A DNA stretch of 64,000 bases from NCBI GenBank assembly GCA_965262055.1, contig CBDHEI010000002.1:1796721-1860720 (forward strand), given 5' to 3'. Positions 49,564-62,697 of this stretch are shown here, one piece after another (position 1 is the stretch's first letter; each line of letters begins with the position of its first letter). The position numbers and the translations under genes were made by a program. This stretch comes from Dehalococcoidia bacterium. Lineage in GTDB: Bacteria; Chloroflexota; Dehalococcoidia; Lucifugimonadales; G958296245. The notes below the pieces were generated by a model. It ran no database searches. It was given only the letters and a program-made list of their open reading frames with translations, and was not told the DNA's origin.

Positions 49564-49615
49564 GTGATCTCCTCGGTTCTGGGCGTCCAGGAGGGATGCT
49601 GCCCTCTACACGGAG

Positions 49616-49644
49616 AGTTTAGCACGGGCGTTCGTAGCCGTCAA
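49616..49644 (-). promoter_or_regulatory. sigma70 promoter with LexA-like box (copy 2)
   Basis: TTGACG-17-TAAACT containing CGAAC-GCCC-GTGC. Confidence 0.65.
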
Positions 49645-49838
49645 GGAGATTGTGATTCGCATGACACGGATGGACGCGGATGAGAGGTAGCCTGTCCGGT
49701 GCTGCAAATAAGGGGTAGGTCCAGCGCCTTGTATACGCAGCTTAGGATGGATTTCCGCATTCGGGGGAACCATCCATGCCGGTTGCGACCGGCACACCAG
49801 GTAATGAGAATGGTCCCGATGTCCTGTGGCAACGGGAA

Positions 49839-49863
49839 GGCGGGTTACAAACCCACCCCATAC
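49839..49863 (-). repeat. Degenerate GTAG-type REP
   Basis: GGCGGGTTACAAACCCACCCCATAC. Confidence 0.55.
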
Positions 49864-49899
49864 GACGTGATGCCCGTGTGCGCGGCGGTCCGGCGGGAA

Positions 49900-49929
49900 T
49901 TGTCCACTGAAAATCGATTGTGATACAAT
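49900..49929 (+). promoter_or_regulatory. atp operon promoter
   Basis: TTGTCC-18-TACAAT with extended TG, 36 bp upstream of atpI/Z. Confidence 0.6.
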
Positions 49930-49965
49930 CCACAAACCCTTGAAAGGGGTCCCTCGTGAGCGGGG

Positions 49966-50187
49966 ATGCGGACAATACTTTGGATGGTGGGCGTCGGTTG
50001 GTATGTAGCTGTGGCGATCTCCGGCGGCGTGATCGGCGGTCTTTGGTTGGACGGCCGTCTCTCGTCGAGCCCCCTATTCACTTTGCTAGGCCTGGGTCTG
50101 GGTATCGCCGTAGCGCTGTTTGGCATGTTCCGGATGCTGATGACCATCATGTCGTCTGACACCAACGGCGCTGGGCCTGTAGGCTGA
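49966..50187 (+). CDS. atpI: ATP synthase protein I/Z
   Basis: Two TM helices with GLWLD...SPLF; first gene of the atp operon. Confidence 0.75.
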   Translation: MRTILWMVGVGWYVAVAISGGVIGGLWLDGRLSSSPLFTLLGLGLGIAVALFGMFRMLMTIMSSDTNGAGPVG

Positions 50188-50189
50188 TC

Positions 50190-51574
<1,385 letters not shown>

Positions 51575-51643
51575 CGGTTCGACGGAAAGCGGGGCGGCGC
51601 GCCCGCGAGGCGCACCGTCTCTCATGTTGGTGGTGAAAGTCGC

Positions 51644-52147
51644 ATGGAAGCATTAGGAATAAACGGACCCGGTCTTATAACGTCGATCGTGAGCTTCGTG
51701 CTCCTGTTCGCGCTCTTGTACTTCCTGCTGTACAAGCCGCTGCTCAGGGTCATGGACGACCGCTCGGCGAAGATCAGGGAGAGTCTCGAGACGGCGCAGT
51801 TGGCCAGGGAAGAGGCTCAACGCTCGCGTGAGGACATGCAGAAGCAGATCGACGAGGTGCGGGCGGAGGGCCAGGCCATGATCGCCCAGGCCAGAGATGT
51901 CGCCGAGCGGTTCAGGGAGGAGGAGCTCGCCAAGGCCCGGCAGGAGATCGAGGCTCAGCGGCGGCGGGCGGAGGCGGAGATCCAGAGGGAGAAGGCCGCA
52001 GCCATAGAGGAGATCCGAGGGCAGTTCGCGGGACTTGCGATCACGGCGGCCGAGCGGGTTATACGCCAGTCGGTAGACGAGGCGGCCCACAGCGGGCTGA
52101 TCGAGCAGGTCCTCGAGGAGAGCACGGTCCTTCGTGGCCGGTCGTAG
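51644..52147 (+). CDS. atpF: F0 subunit b
   Basis: N-terminal TM, YKPL, R..KI, coiled coil, AAERVI. Confidence 0.95.
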   Translation: MEALGINGPGLITSIVSFVLLFALLYFLLYKPLLRVMDDRSAKIRESLETAQLAREEAQRSREDMQKQIDEVRAEGQAMIAQARDVAERFREEELAKARQEIEAQRRRAEAEIQREKAAAIEEIRGQFAGLAITAAERVIRQSVDEAAHSGLIEQVLEESTVLRGRS

Positions 52148-52224
52148 GCCGCCCGGTACGGGTGCGGAGACGGCGCGAGGCTGTCGCCGGCGTGCGGACG
52201 CCGCGGCGGCCTGAGTAGATAGGA

Positions 52225-52773
52225 ATGCCACAAGCCGCTTCAGCGAGAAGATACGCCCAGGCGGTCTTTCAGATCGCCGTGGAGGGTGACGCCCTGGACG
52301 CCTGGTCCGGCGACCTCAGGTCGCTGGCCGAGGCGATGGATGTGCCGGAGCTTGCGAGCGTGCTGGACGCGCCGCAGGTCCCTATGGCGCGCAAGGTCGA
52401 GGCCGTCCGGAGGGCCGTCGGGGACGCGGTGGGCCCGCTTGCGGCCAACCTGCTGTGCGTCCTGGCGTCCAGGAACCTCGCCCACCTCGTGCCGGCGGTG
52501 CTGGACGAGTACTCCAGCATGATAGACGCGCGCCTAGGCATCGAGTCGGCGGAGGTAACGTCGGCGACGAGGCTGGACGACGCGCAGCGGGACAGGGTCA
52601 CAAGGATATTGGAGGATGTCGCGGGCAAGGAGGTGCGGCTGCACACGCTCGTGCGTCCTGAGATACTCGGCGGCATCATCGCGCGGGTCGGGGACAGAGT
52701 GATAGACGGCAGCGTCAGGACGAGGCTCCGGGCGATGCGCCGTGAGCTCGGCGATCCGGCGCCCGCGGATTGA
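52225..52773 (+). CDS. atpH: F1 subunit delta
   Basis: [20 protein letters not shown]. Confidence 0.95.
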   Translation: MPQAASARRYAQAVFQIAVEGDALDAWSGDLRSLAEAMDVPELASVLDAPQVPMARKVEAVRRAVGDAVGPLAANLLCVLASRNLAHLVPAVLDEYSSMIDARLGIESAEVTSATRLDDAQRDRVTRILEDVAGKEVRLHTLVRPEILGGIIARVGDRVIDGSVRTRLRAMRRELGDPAPAD

Positions 52774-52796
52774 GCCGTCAGCCATCGGAGGCACTT

Positions 52797-54308
52797 ATGG
52801 CAGTCAGAGGACAAGACATAGCGTCGGTAATCAAGCGCCAGATCGAAGAGTTCGGCCAAGAGCTGAGGATGGTCGACGTCGGCGTGGTGATCGAGGTGGG
52901 GGACGGCATCGCCCGCGTACACGGGCTTGCGGGCGTGGGCGCCAACGAGCTACTTGAGTTCGAGGGCGGCGCCAGCGGCATGGCCCTGAACCTCGAGGAG
53001 GACGGCGTCGGCGCGGTGATCCTGGGCAACCCTGAGGGCGTCAAGGAGGGCACGGAGGTGCGCGGCACCGGGCGGGTGATGGAGATTCCCGTGAGCGACG
53101 CGATGCTGGGCAGGGTCGTCAACGCGCTAGGGGACCCCCTGGACGCGAAGGGGGCCATAGCGTCGTCGGAGAACGCCCCGGTAGAGGTGATCGCGCCCGG
53201 CGTGGCGGCGCGGCAGAGTGTCAACGTCCCGGTGCAGACCGGGGTGAAGGCCATCGACTCGATGGTGCCTGTGGGACGCGGCCAGAGGGAGCTGATCATC
53301 GGCGACCGGGCCACGGGGAAGACGGCTCTCTGCCTGGACACGATAATCAACCAGAAGGACGGCGACCTGATCTGCATATACGTCGCGATCGGACAGCGGG
53401 TGGCCAAGGTCGCCCAGACCGTGGCGGTGCTGGAGCGATACGGGGCCATGGAGCACACGGTCGTGGTGGCGGCGAACGCCGCCGACTCGGCGCCCATGCA
53501 GTACCTTGCGCCGTACGCCGGGTGCGCCGTAGGCGAGCACTTCATGAGGCAGGGCAAGGACGCGCTGATCGTCTACGATGACCTGTCCAAGCACGCGTGG
53601 GCGTACCGGCAGATGTCTCTGCTGCTGCGGCGTCCTCCGGGACGCGAGGCCTACCCCGGCGATGTCTTCTACCTGCACAGCCGGCTGCTGGAACGTGCGG
53701 CGCGCCTGTCGGAGGACCTCGGCGGCGGCTCTCTCACGGCCTTGCCGATCATCGAGACGCTGGCCGGCGACGTGTCGGCGTACATCCCCACGAACGTCAT
53801 CTCGATTACCGACGGGCAGATATACCTGGAGCCCGAGCTGTTCAACTCCGGCATCCGGCCCGCCGTGAACGCCGGGCTGTCCGTGTCGCGAGTGGGCGGC
53901 ACGGCCCAAACGAAGGCTATGAAGTCGGTGGCGGGCAGCCTGCGCCTCGACCTAGCGCAGTACCGTGAGTTGGCGGCCTTCGCTCAGTTCGGGACGGCGG
54001 ACCTGGATGCGGCGACCCGCGCGCAGCTGGAGCGGGGGCAGCGGGCGGTAGAGGTGCTGAAGCAGAACGAGAGCGCGCCGCTCAAGTTGCCCCAGGAGAT
54101 CACGATACTGACGGCGCTCGCGAGGGGCCACCTGGACGATGTCGAGATCAACCGGGTGGGCACCTTCGAGACGGCGCTGCACAGGTTCATGGAGTCGAAC
54201 CACCCGGAGATACTGAGCACGATAGACGAGGAGAAGAACCTGTCCGACGAGACCGAGGCGGCTTTGGCGGACGCGATTGCGGAGTTCAAGGCGAGCGTTC
54301 CTTACTAA
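52797..54308 (+). CDS. atpA: F1 subunit alpha
   Basis: [45 protein letters not shown]. Confidence 0.98.
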   Translation: MAVRGQDIASVIKRQIEEFGQELRMVDVGVVIEVGDGIARVHGLAGVGANELLEFEGGASGMALNLEEDGVGAVILGNPEGVKEGTEVRGTGRVMEIPVSDAMLGRVVNALGDPLDAKGAIASSENAPVEVIAPGVAARQSVNVPVQTGVKAIDSMVPVGRGQRELIIGDRATGKTALCLDTIINQKDGDLICIYVAIGQRVAKVAQTVAVLERYGAMEHTVVVAANAADSAPMQYLAPYAGCAVGEHFMRQGKDALIVYDDLSKHAWAYRQMSLLLRRPPGREAYPGDVFYLHSRLLERAARLSEDLGGGSLTALPIIETLAGDVSAYIPTNVISITDGQIYLEPELFNSGIRPAVNAGLSVSRVGGTAQTKAMKSVAGSLRLDLAQYRELAAFAQFGTADLDAATRAQLERGQRAVEVLKQNESAPLKLPQEITILTALARGHLDDVEINRVGTFETALHRFMESNHPEILSTIDEEKNLSDETEAALADAIAEFKASVPY

Positions 54309-55155
54309 GAGGGTGTTTTCAAAGTACATCATGACGGAGCTAAGCGTCGGAGCATGAGATGAATCGCAGCTATGTGCAGCCACGCTTCCGTTGTACCGGT
54401 CAAGGCTTCATAGTCCTTGCTCAACCGGCGACAACGTCCCAGCCACGCCAGTGTTCGCTCAACCACCCACCTGCGTGGCAGCACCTCAAACTGATGGCTG
54501 GCCCTGGGACGCTTGACGATCTCCAAGACCCAGCCCGACATGGACATCACCCAGTCCACCAACTGGCCGCTGTAGCCAGCGTCAGCCCAGATGAGTCGCA
54601 GGCGTGGGAATCGTCCTATCAATTTATCGATGACCAGCCTCGCCCCATCTCGGTCTTGGATATTGGCAGGATGCACCACCACCGCCAACAGCAAGCCCAT
54701 GGTATCTACGATGACGTGTCGCTTTCGACCGTTGATCTTCTTACCAGCATCATAGCCACGAGGCCCCCTTTTTCAGTCGTCTTCACGCTCTGGCTATCTA
54801 TGATCGCTGCGCTGGGAGTAGGATTTCTACCTTCGGCCTCTCGGACGCAGGGGCGTAGCGTCTCATTGACTCGTTCCCACGTTCCATCCATGGTCCAACT
54901 GCGGAAGTACTTGTACAGGGTCTGCCAGGGAGGCAGATCGTGCGGGACCATCCGCCAGGGGCATCCGCTCCGAAGCAAATACAGGATGCCGTTCACTACC
55001 TCCCGCAGGTCCACTGTACGGGGTCGGCCTCCGGGTTTGGCTGGTGGGAGTAGGGGGCCGAGGATCTCCCACTGTTCGTCCGTCAGGTCGCTGGGGTACG
55101 ATTTGCGGCTCATTCATCAAGTTTAGTACAAGTTCAAGACTTTGCAAACACCCTC
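54309..55155 (-). mobile_element. IS5-family element (IS1031/IS427-like), 847 bp
   Basis: 17-bp IRs GAGGGTGTTTTCAAAGT / ACTTTGCAAACACCCTC; TAA duplicated at 54306-08 and 55156-58. Confidence 0.93.
54329..55113 (-). CDS. IS5-family transposase in two frames joined by a -1 frameshift
   Basis: [23 protein letters not shown], slippery GAAAAAGGGGG, then [35 protein letters not shown]. Confidence 0.9.
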
Positions 55156-55167
55156 TAAGGCTTCTGT

Positions 55168-56028
55168 ATGCCTAGCGTAAGAGAGATAAGGCGGCGCATC
55201 AGGAGCGTCGAGAACACCGCCAAGATAACAAAGGCGATGTCGATGATCGCCGCGTCGAAGATGCGGCGCGCCCAGGAGATGGCGCTCCAGGGGCGGCCCT
55301 ACTCGGAGCGCATGCGCGACCTGCTGTCCCACCTGGCGGCGCAGGAGCGTGAGGAAGAGGCGCTGCACCCGCTTCTCATGCGGCGCGAGCCCGCCAACAT
55401 CACGGTGGTGCTGATAACGCCCGACAGGGGCCTGACCGGCGGGCTGCACAGCAAGATCAACCGGGCGGCCGCCCAGTTCATCGTCGAGCAGCAGGCGAGC
55501 ACGCGCCTCATCACTATAGGCCGGAAGGGGCGCGACTTCATGGTGCGGGCGGGACAGGATGTTCAGGCAGTCTTCACCGATCTGGGCGACCGTCCTTCTT
55601 TGCTCGACGTTACGCCCGCGGCCGGCATCCTGATCGAGGACTTCGCTGAGGAGCGCGTGGACGCGGTGTACATCGCCTACGCGGACTTCGTGAACACGAC
55701 GGTACAAACGCCTGTCGTGCGTCCGCTCCTGCCCGTGGAGCCGGCGGAGCTGCGTCCAGAGGAGGCGGTGGGCTACATATACGAGCCGGGACCCGAGGGG
55801 GTGCTTTCGGAGCTCCTGCCGAGGTTCGTCGAGCTGGAGCTGTACCATGCCGTGCTGGAGTCGGTTGCCAGCGAGCAGTCGGGCCGGATGGTGGCGATGC
55901 GGAACGCCACCGACAACGCCAACGAGATGGTGGACGACCTGACGCTGGAGATGAACAAGGCCCGCCAGGAGACGATAACCAAGGAGCTACTGGAGATCGT
56001 AGGCGGCGCGGCCGCGGTCAGCGGGTGA
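55168..56028 (+). CDS. atpG: F1 subunit gamma
   Basis: KITKAM, DRGL, ASEQSGRMVAMRNATDNA, RQETITKEL. Confidence 0.97.
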   Translation: MPSVREIRRRIRSVENTAKITKAMSMIAASKMRRAQEMALQGRPYSERMRDLLSHLAAQEREEEALHPLLMRREPANITVVLITPDRGLTGGLHSKINRAAAQFIVEQQASTRLITIGRKGRDFMVRAGQDVQAVFTDLGDRPSLLDVTPAAGILIEDFAEERVDAVYIAYADFVNTTVQTPVVRPLLPVEPAELRPEEAVGYIYEPGPEGVLSELLPRFVELELYHAVLESVASEQSGRMVAMRNATDNANEMVDDLTLEMNKARQETITKELLEIVGGAAAVSG

Positions 56029-57456
<1,428 letters not shown>

Positions 57457-57458
57457 GC

Positions 57459-57878
57459 TTGGCCAAGCTGCTTTTCGAGATCGTCACGGCTGAGCGGTTG
57501 GTGTCCTCGCAGGAGGTCGACGTCGTGGTAGCGCCTGGCGTGGAGGGAGAGCTGGCGGTGCTGCCTCACCACGCGCCGCTGCTCACGTCGCTGCGACCCG
57601 GCGAGGTGCTGGTGCGCAACGACGGCGAGGAGACGTACATCGCCGTTAGCGGCGGCTTCCTGGAGGTGATGCCGGACAAGGTTACCATCCTTGCGGACGC
57701 CGCGGAGCGTGCCGAGGAGATTGACGAGCAGCGCGCGGAGGAGGCCCTTCGGCGCGCCCAGGAGCGCATAAAGTCGGCGCCCGCCGACGTGGACCTGGAA
57801 CGCGAGCTCGCCTCGATGCGCTTTTCCCAGGCCCGGCTCGGCATCGCGCGCCGGCGTCGGAGGCGTGGCTCGTCGTAG
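57459..57878 (+). CDS. atpC: F1 subunit epsilon
   Basis: EIVTAE, GELAVLPHHAP, SGGFLEV, C-terminal helical hairpin. Confidence 0.95.
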   Translation: MAKLLFEIVTAERLVSSQEVDVVVAPGVEGELAVLPHHAPLLTSLRPGEVLVRNDGEETYIAVSGGFLEVMPDKVTILADAAERAEEIDEQRAEEALRRAQERIKSAPADVDLERELASMRFSQARLGIARRRRRRGSS

Positions 57879-57956
57879 GGGCGGTATAGCCCAGGATACG
57901 ACGAAAGCGATGCGCAACCGTGGCGTCCACAAGGGAGTGCCGCTACCAGACAAGCC

Positions 57957-58871
57957 CTAGGTCGATACCTTGTCGGCTAGTTGGGGGACTTGGGCCTCTG
58001 CGGGGGTGCCGTCGTGGGCTATGATCCGGATTGACATGTCTAGGGTGCTGCCCAGCTTCAGGTCGTACCGGTCTTCCAGGAACGGGTTGACGACTATGGT
58101 GCCCCAGTCGTAGAGGGCCCAGGGGTGGCCTGCCGCAGACGGGTGCGGGGCGACGGCTACGCCGGCGCGGCGTCCGTAGGGCGCGGGGCCTGTTACGTCC
58201 ACCCAGGCCGCTGTCTGCCCATCGATTTCCTCGGATGTACGGCGCCCCTCGGAGTCGAGGGCTTCGGCGCCGTCGTCGATGCGCAGGCCGTCGGCCAGCC
58301 GCACGGTGAAGTAGGCGTGGCGCGTGGGGCCTATGGAGACGTCCCACTCGGTGGGGGTTAGCTGGGAGCGCAGATCGAAGACGTTCGCGGCGTCGCCGGG
58401 ATGGATGTCTATGGTCCGGGTCTCGGTGGCGACGGTGCGTCTGTCGGGAGCGCCCCACTCTACGGGGCCCTGCCAGTGGACTTGCTGGACGACCCTGAGG
58501 TGGCGCTCGGAGATCTCGCGGCTGTCGGTCGAGACGGCCAGCGTGCGGCTTGGTGCGCGGCCCTGGAAGATGTCGTTGATGTAGAAGTTGTAGGTGCCGT
58601 CCTCCACCCTGTCGCCGGCGTACCGGAAGTGGCAGTTGAAGTGGTCGGCGCCAACCGTAATCGAGTTGTGGTGCGGGTGGTCGATGGGCATCTCGCCTGT
58701 GACGGCGACGCCTGCGGGGGTGAAGACAGGGTAGACGTAGGAGCGGTGGGCGCTCTGGCTGAAGGCGGCGATGGGCCTGCCGCGCCAGGCGACCTTGAGG
58801 CGCCTGGCCTGGGCCGTGGCGCCCTTTGGGAGGTCTACGGCGTCGTATTGAACGGTGAAGTTGCTGTGCAT
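57957..58871 (-). CDS. DUF6807 (PmoA-like annotated) family protein
   Basis: YVYPVFTPAG, PIDHPHH, FTVRLA, WVDVTG, HPS motifs. Confidence 0.65.
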   Translation of the reverse strand: MHSNFTVQYDAVDLPKGATAQARRLKVAWRGRPIAAFSQSAHRSYVYPVFTPAGVAVTGEMPIDHPHHNSITVGADHFNCHFRYAGDRVEDGTYNFYINDIFQGRAPSRTLAVSTDSREISERHLRVVQQVHWQGPVEWGAPDRRTVATETRTIDIHPGDAANVFDLRSQLTPTEWDVSIGPTRHAYFTVRLADGLRIDDGAEALDSEGRRTSEEIDGQTAAWVDVTGPAPYGRRAGVAVAPHPSAAGHPWALYDWGTIVVNPFLEDRYDLKLGSTLDMSIRIIAHDGTPAEAQVPQLADKVST

Positions 58872-58950
58872 GGACTCTCCAGGCTACGGAAGAACTCTTT
58901 CGAAACCCTCATTCAGCTCCCTTCCCGGTCGGGAAGGGAGAGGAAAAATA

Positions 58951-59006
58951 TTTCTGAGGGACACCCTCAGACTCCCGGCAAAGGGGCTCTGCCCCTCTGC
59001 ACTCCC
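58951..59006 (-). repeat. Double-hairpin interspersed repeat, copy 2
   Basis: TCTGAGGGACACCCTCAGA and AGGGGCTCTGCCCCT hairpins; related to 11701-11759. Confidence 0.6.
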
Positions 59007-59070
59007 CATATTGCTCCCCGGAGGACGTTCCAGCTACGTGGCGGGCGCGAAAACAGGACACTGGAGACGG

Positions 59071-60096
59071 CTACACGTCGCCGAAGTTGGCGATGCTGGG
59101 GGGGAGCTTGCCGTCGGGGAGGAACATCTCGCGCTCCAGGTCGAGGGGCACCGGCTTGCGGGCACGCATCGACTCAAGGGCCTTTTCGAAGATGAGGGTC
59201 GGGATGCAGGACTCCCACATGTCCATGGGGTTCGGGCCTCCCTCCATGCAGAGACGGGCGAACATGCCGAACTCCTCGTCGAAGCCGTTGTGGTACTCGT
59301 TCTGCTCGATGCCCGGCTCGTCGGTACCCTCGAAAACAAGGTTGTAGAAGCGGGTGGTGGCCGCGCTGACGGGGCCGGCGTGGACCTCCGCGTAGTGCTT
59401 GGGGAGTATGCCGCCTGAGCCTATGGTGCTGAATACGGATATGCCGAGGCCGCCGTTGGCGAACCGGATGAGGGTCGTGCAGGAGTTGGTGGGCTTGCCG
59501 TCGAATCCCTGCGCGTAGACCTCGACGGGCTGCGAGCGCATCACGTGCCAGATCCAGTGGAGGTTGTAGCCGGAGTTGTCGAGGATGCCGTTGCTGCCGT
59601 AGGGGCCCGCGGGGCCGTCGGGCCCCTGGCCGGGCTGGCCCGGGAGCCGCAGCGTGAACAGTACCGAGTAGGGCTGCTCTATGACGCTCCGGAGCCTCTT
59701 GGTGACCGGGGAGTGCTTGAACCACCAGCCGCTCATCATCTGAACGCCCGACTCGTGGGCGGCGCGCTGGAGCCTCCGCGCCTCGGCGATGGTCATGGCG
59801 GGGGGCTTCTCGACGAAGACGTGCTTGCCGGCGCTGGCGGCCTTGACGGCGAGTTCGGTGTGGGTGTCGTGGGTGGAGCAGATGGCGACGGCGTCCACCT
59901 CGTCGTCGGAGAGCACCTGGTCGAGGTCGGTCGTCCAGTACTTCATCTCGCCCTGCTCGGCGCGCTCGCGGGCGGCCTCCTCGCGTATGTCCATGGCGGC
60001 GTGGACGCGTACTTCGGGCGTCTTGAGCATGTTGCGCAGGTGGGACCCGCTGATGCCGCCGCATCCGACGATTGCGATGTTTAGTTGTTTGTCCAA
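59071..60096 (-). CDS. Gfo/Idh/MocA family oxidoreductase
   Basis: IVGCGGI, DAVAIC, GKHVFVEKP; TTG start with SD GGAGG. Confidence 0.9.
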   Translation of the reverse strand: MDKQLNIAIVGCGGISGSHLRNMLKTPEVRVHAAMDIREEAARERAEQGEMKYWTTDLDQVLSDDEVDAVAICSTHDTHTELAVKAASAGKHVFVEKPPAMTIAEARRLQRAAHESGVQMMSGWWFKHSPVTKRLRSVIEQPYSVLFTLRLPGQPGQGPDGPAGPYGSNGILDNSGYNLHWIWHVMRSQPVEVYAQGFDGKPTNSCTTLIRFANGGLGISVFSTIGSGGILPKHYAEVHAGPVSAATTRFYNLVFEGTDEPGIEQNEYHNGFDEEFGMFARLCMEGGPNPMDMWESCIPTLIFEKALESMRARKPVPLDLEREMFLPDGKLPPSIANFGDV

Positions 60097-60127
60097 GGTG
60101 GCCTCCTCCGGTAGCAGTGGTCGGGGA

Positions 60128-60152
60128 GGGCGGGTTTCAAACCCGCCCCTAC
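60128..60152 (-). repeat. GTAG-type REP
   Basis: GTAGGGGCGGGTTTGAAACCCGCCC on the minus strand. Confidence 0.8.
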
Positions 60153-60186
60153 GGGTGGCTTAGTGACGGTGATGTTCGGCATCCTG

Positions 60187-61131
60187 CTATTCGGACTCGA
60201 CCTGGCTGGTAAGCTCTGAGAGCCGGGCGTAGTTGATGCGCATCGCCTCCTCGGCGGAGCCGCTGGAGGGCCGGAAGTGGGTGGCGAGGGAGAGAATGGC
60301 CTCGCTGCGGTGGTCGCGCATGTTGCGGAGCACGGTGAGGTAGTCGACGTCCCCGTCGCCGAGGGGCTGGTAGTCGAAGTCGCGGTTGAGGCCGTCGTTG
60401 ACTCGGAGGTCCTTGATGTGCAGGGAGTGGACGTAGGGGCGGACGTTGTTGAAGCCGGCCTGGGCTACGTCCGCCTCGCCGCAGTTGTAGTTGTCGGCGG
60501 GGCCCCACATGACCCTGAGCCGGGGGGACTTTATGCTCTCGGCCAGCCTGCGGAAGTTGCCGGTGGTGTTGGTGTAGTTCCAGGGCATCATGGAGACGGA
60601 GACGTCGACGCTGTGGCTTTCTGCCTGCTCGACGACCATGGAGAAGGCCCTGACCAGCTTCTCCATGTCGCCGTCGGCGATGTAGCCGCCCCTGGTGAGC
60701 CAACGCATGGGCCAGGTCGGCTTGTCGGCCGTGTACTCGCCCGGCCAGGCGAAGCTGTAGGCGGAGACGGCGCCGACGCCGAGGCGGGCGGCGATCTCCA
60801 TGGAGCGGACGAGGTCGTCGAGGTCCTTGCGGAACTCCGGGTGCTCGGCGAGGCTGTCGGCCTCCAGGTCGGTGAGGTGGATGAACTTGAAGGGGCTTGC
60901 GGCGCTGATCATCATGAGCTTTAGGCCGTTGTCGTCGACCTTCCGGGCTATCTCGTCGAGCTCGGCGTCGGACATCTCGGCCACGGGCGGCCTGCCCGGG
61001 AGCGAGGCGAACCAGACGTACTCCACGCCTATGTCCTTCGCGGTCGGCAGAGCCTCATCCAGCGGCATCTGGAGCTCGTTGATGAACATGGCGGTGGTGA
61101 AGCTGTAGGGGGCTGGTTCGGGAGTGGTCAT
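60187..61131 (-). CDS. Sugar phosphate isomerase/epimerase (xylose isomerase-like TIM barrel)
   Basis: SPFK, LHIKD, PLGDGDVDY motifs; SD GGAGG. Confidence 0.8.
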   Translation of the reverse strand: MTTPEPAPYSFTTAMFINELQMPLDEALPTAKDIGVEYVWFASLPGRPPVAEMSDAELDEIARKVDDNGLKLMMISAASPFKFIHLTDLEADSLAEHPEFRKDLDDLVRSMEIAARLGVGAVSAYSFAWPGEYTADKPTWPMRWLTRGGYIADGDMEKLVRAFSMVVEQAESHSVDVSVSMMPWNYTNTTGNFRRLAESIKSPRLRVMWGPADNYNCGEADVAQAGFNNVRPYVHSLHIKDLRVNDGLNRDFDYQPLGDGDVDYLTVLRNMRDHRSEAILSLATHFRPSSGSAEEAMRINYARLSELTSQVESE

Positions 61132-61429
61132 CGGGTTACCTCCAAGCGTGCGTCTGTGCGCGGGCGCTGAGTCTGTTTGTACCACCGGCAGGGCGGTTGC
61201 GCAATAGCCGCGGCCCTAGCGGGGCGAGCGCCCGGGGCCGAAAAATCGTTTCAAACTGTTCCATTCCGCCCCTCTTCGTATGTGAGGCGTGGGACTGTTG
61301 GCAGCGAAATGGAGCGATTTTGGGGCACGAATGGACGCTAGACGAGGTGGTTTGAGCGGATTTGGGACGGGGCCTCGGGCGCTGTCGGGTGAGGCTTGGC
61401 AAGGTATGCAGGAGTCCGTGCATGGGGAG

Positions 61430-61458
61430 ATAATAGCACGGGCGTTCGCGGGAATCAA
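61430..61458 (-). promoter_or_regulatory. sigma70 promoter with LexA-like box (copy 3)
   Basis: TTGATT-17-TATTAT containing CGAAC-GCCC-GTGC; ATG 7 nt after the -10 (61423). Confidence 0.62.
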
Positions 61459-61849
61459 GGACGGATTGGCCATCCACGAAGGGCACGAGGGACGAAGGGC
61501 GGGAAGGGACGCCCTGGACTCGGTCTAGCTTCCAGGGCCATGCGCCTTGGGTCATTCAGACCTTCGGCGAGGTTTTTGACCGATGGGACGTTGAGGTTGG
61601 CGGACTGGACTCTGTACGTATCGGTGTCGGTCCATCAAGGGAGATTCGAGCCGCGTCCGCAAAGTCCCCGCGGTAGCTACTCATGCTCGACCAATGGATT
61701 CAGTGAACCCTAGCTGAACTGGCACCTTCACTCAAGTCGTTGAGCCTGAAGTTGGAGGTCTGACGAAGAGCCTCCGCTCTCGGTACCTCGCTTGCGTAGC
61801 CTGACTAAGTCGGACGATTCCCAGGGTGACGACATCCTTGCCCCGACTC

Positions 61850-61877
61850 TTGACAAGTGGTATTCTCCAACTATACT
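61850..61877 (+). promoter_or_regulatory. sigma70 promoter candidate for the terminal lower-GC operon
   Basis: TTGACA-16-TATACT. Confidence 0.55.
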
Positions 61878-62037
61878 GCTTGCCAGGTCTAGCACCAGCG
61901 TATGCTCCTAGGTTCCCTACACTTAGACCTTCTATCGCGGGAGAGGACTTCACCGAGTTACCCTTGCTACAGCCGTTCAGAGAAGCTCAAAGTTTGAGAC
62001 TTCGGCGCGCAGGCAAGGAGTGGTGTGAACAAGAGAG

Positions 62038-62697
62038 ATGGCTGTGATCATTGAGGACATACTACAGGCCAATATGGTGCTCATTGGTGTCAGCCTGGTC
62101 AACACGCCTAACGAACTCGTAGCGTTTCGTGAAAGCGTCGGTACAGAGATAACGAGTGTCGAGGCTGGTATGGGGACCGAAGTTGTCAACCGTATTCACA
62201 CCCTGAACCGAGACCGAATCAAAGTAACCGGGACTCCTGATAGATCAGGCATAGCACGAGAATATCCAGAAGAGAGCGACCTTGCACGGTTGGCCCAAGT
62301 TGCTGGTATGGCAATTGCCAATACTGATCTCGAGGGTCAGGAATTACGGGCCTTCGGATACAATATAGAATTGGTCTATGAACCACCTTCAAGAGAGCGT
62401 GCGATTCAGTACCTGTTGGATCGACTGTTCGTGCCCAACCTCCTGCGAGATGGAGGGTTGCGATTGTTTGGCGGTTCTGGCCGACTGTTCTTTGAGAAGA
62501 ATGGTAGGAACTGGCAGGCGGTCTTAGAGCCCAGATTCAACGATGATAAGACGACTAGGATCTTTGTGAGCCTGAACTTGCATAGGCCAGAAACCGACCT
62601 TGGGTTGCCCACAGAAGCCGAAATTGAAAGATCGCTGAAGTCATTATGGGATGAAGCTCACAACCTAGTGGACCAACTCGATGCGAGCAGCAGATGA
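62038..62697 (+). CDS. Hypothetical protein, possibly TIGR04255-like
   Basis: 219-aa lower-GC ORF with RAFGYN and C-terminal VSLNLH; family call is tentative. Confidence 0.6.
   Translation: MAVIIEDILQANMVLIGVSLVNTPNELVAFRESVGTEITSVEAGMGTEVVNRIHTLNRDRIKVTGTPDRSGIAREYPEESDLARLAQVAGMAIANTDLEGQELRAFGYNIELVYEPPSRERAIQYLLDRLFVPNLLRDGGLRLFGGSGRLFFEKNGRNWQAVLEPRFNDDKTTRIFVSLNLHRPETDLGLPTEAEIERSLKSLWDEAHNLVDQLDASSR

Noticed and set aside
57957..58871. Methane monooxygenase (PmoA-named family)
   Set aside because: Soluble-looking protein with no pmoCB, in a sugar-catabolic context.
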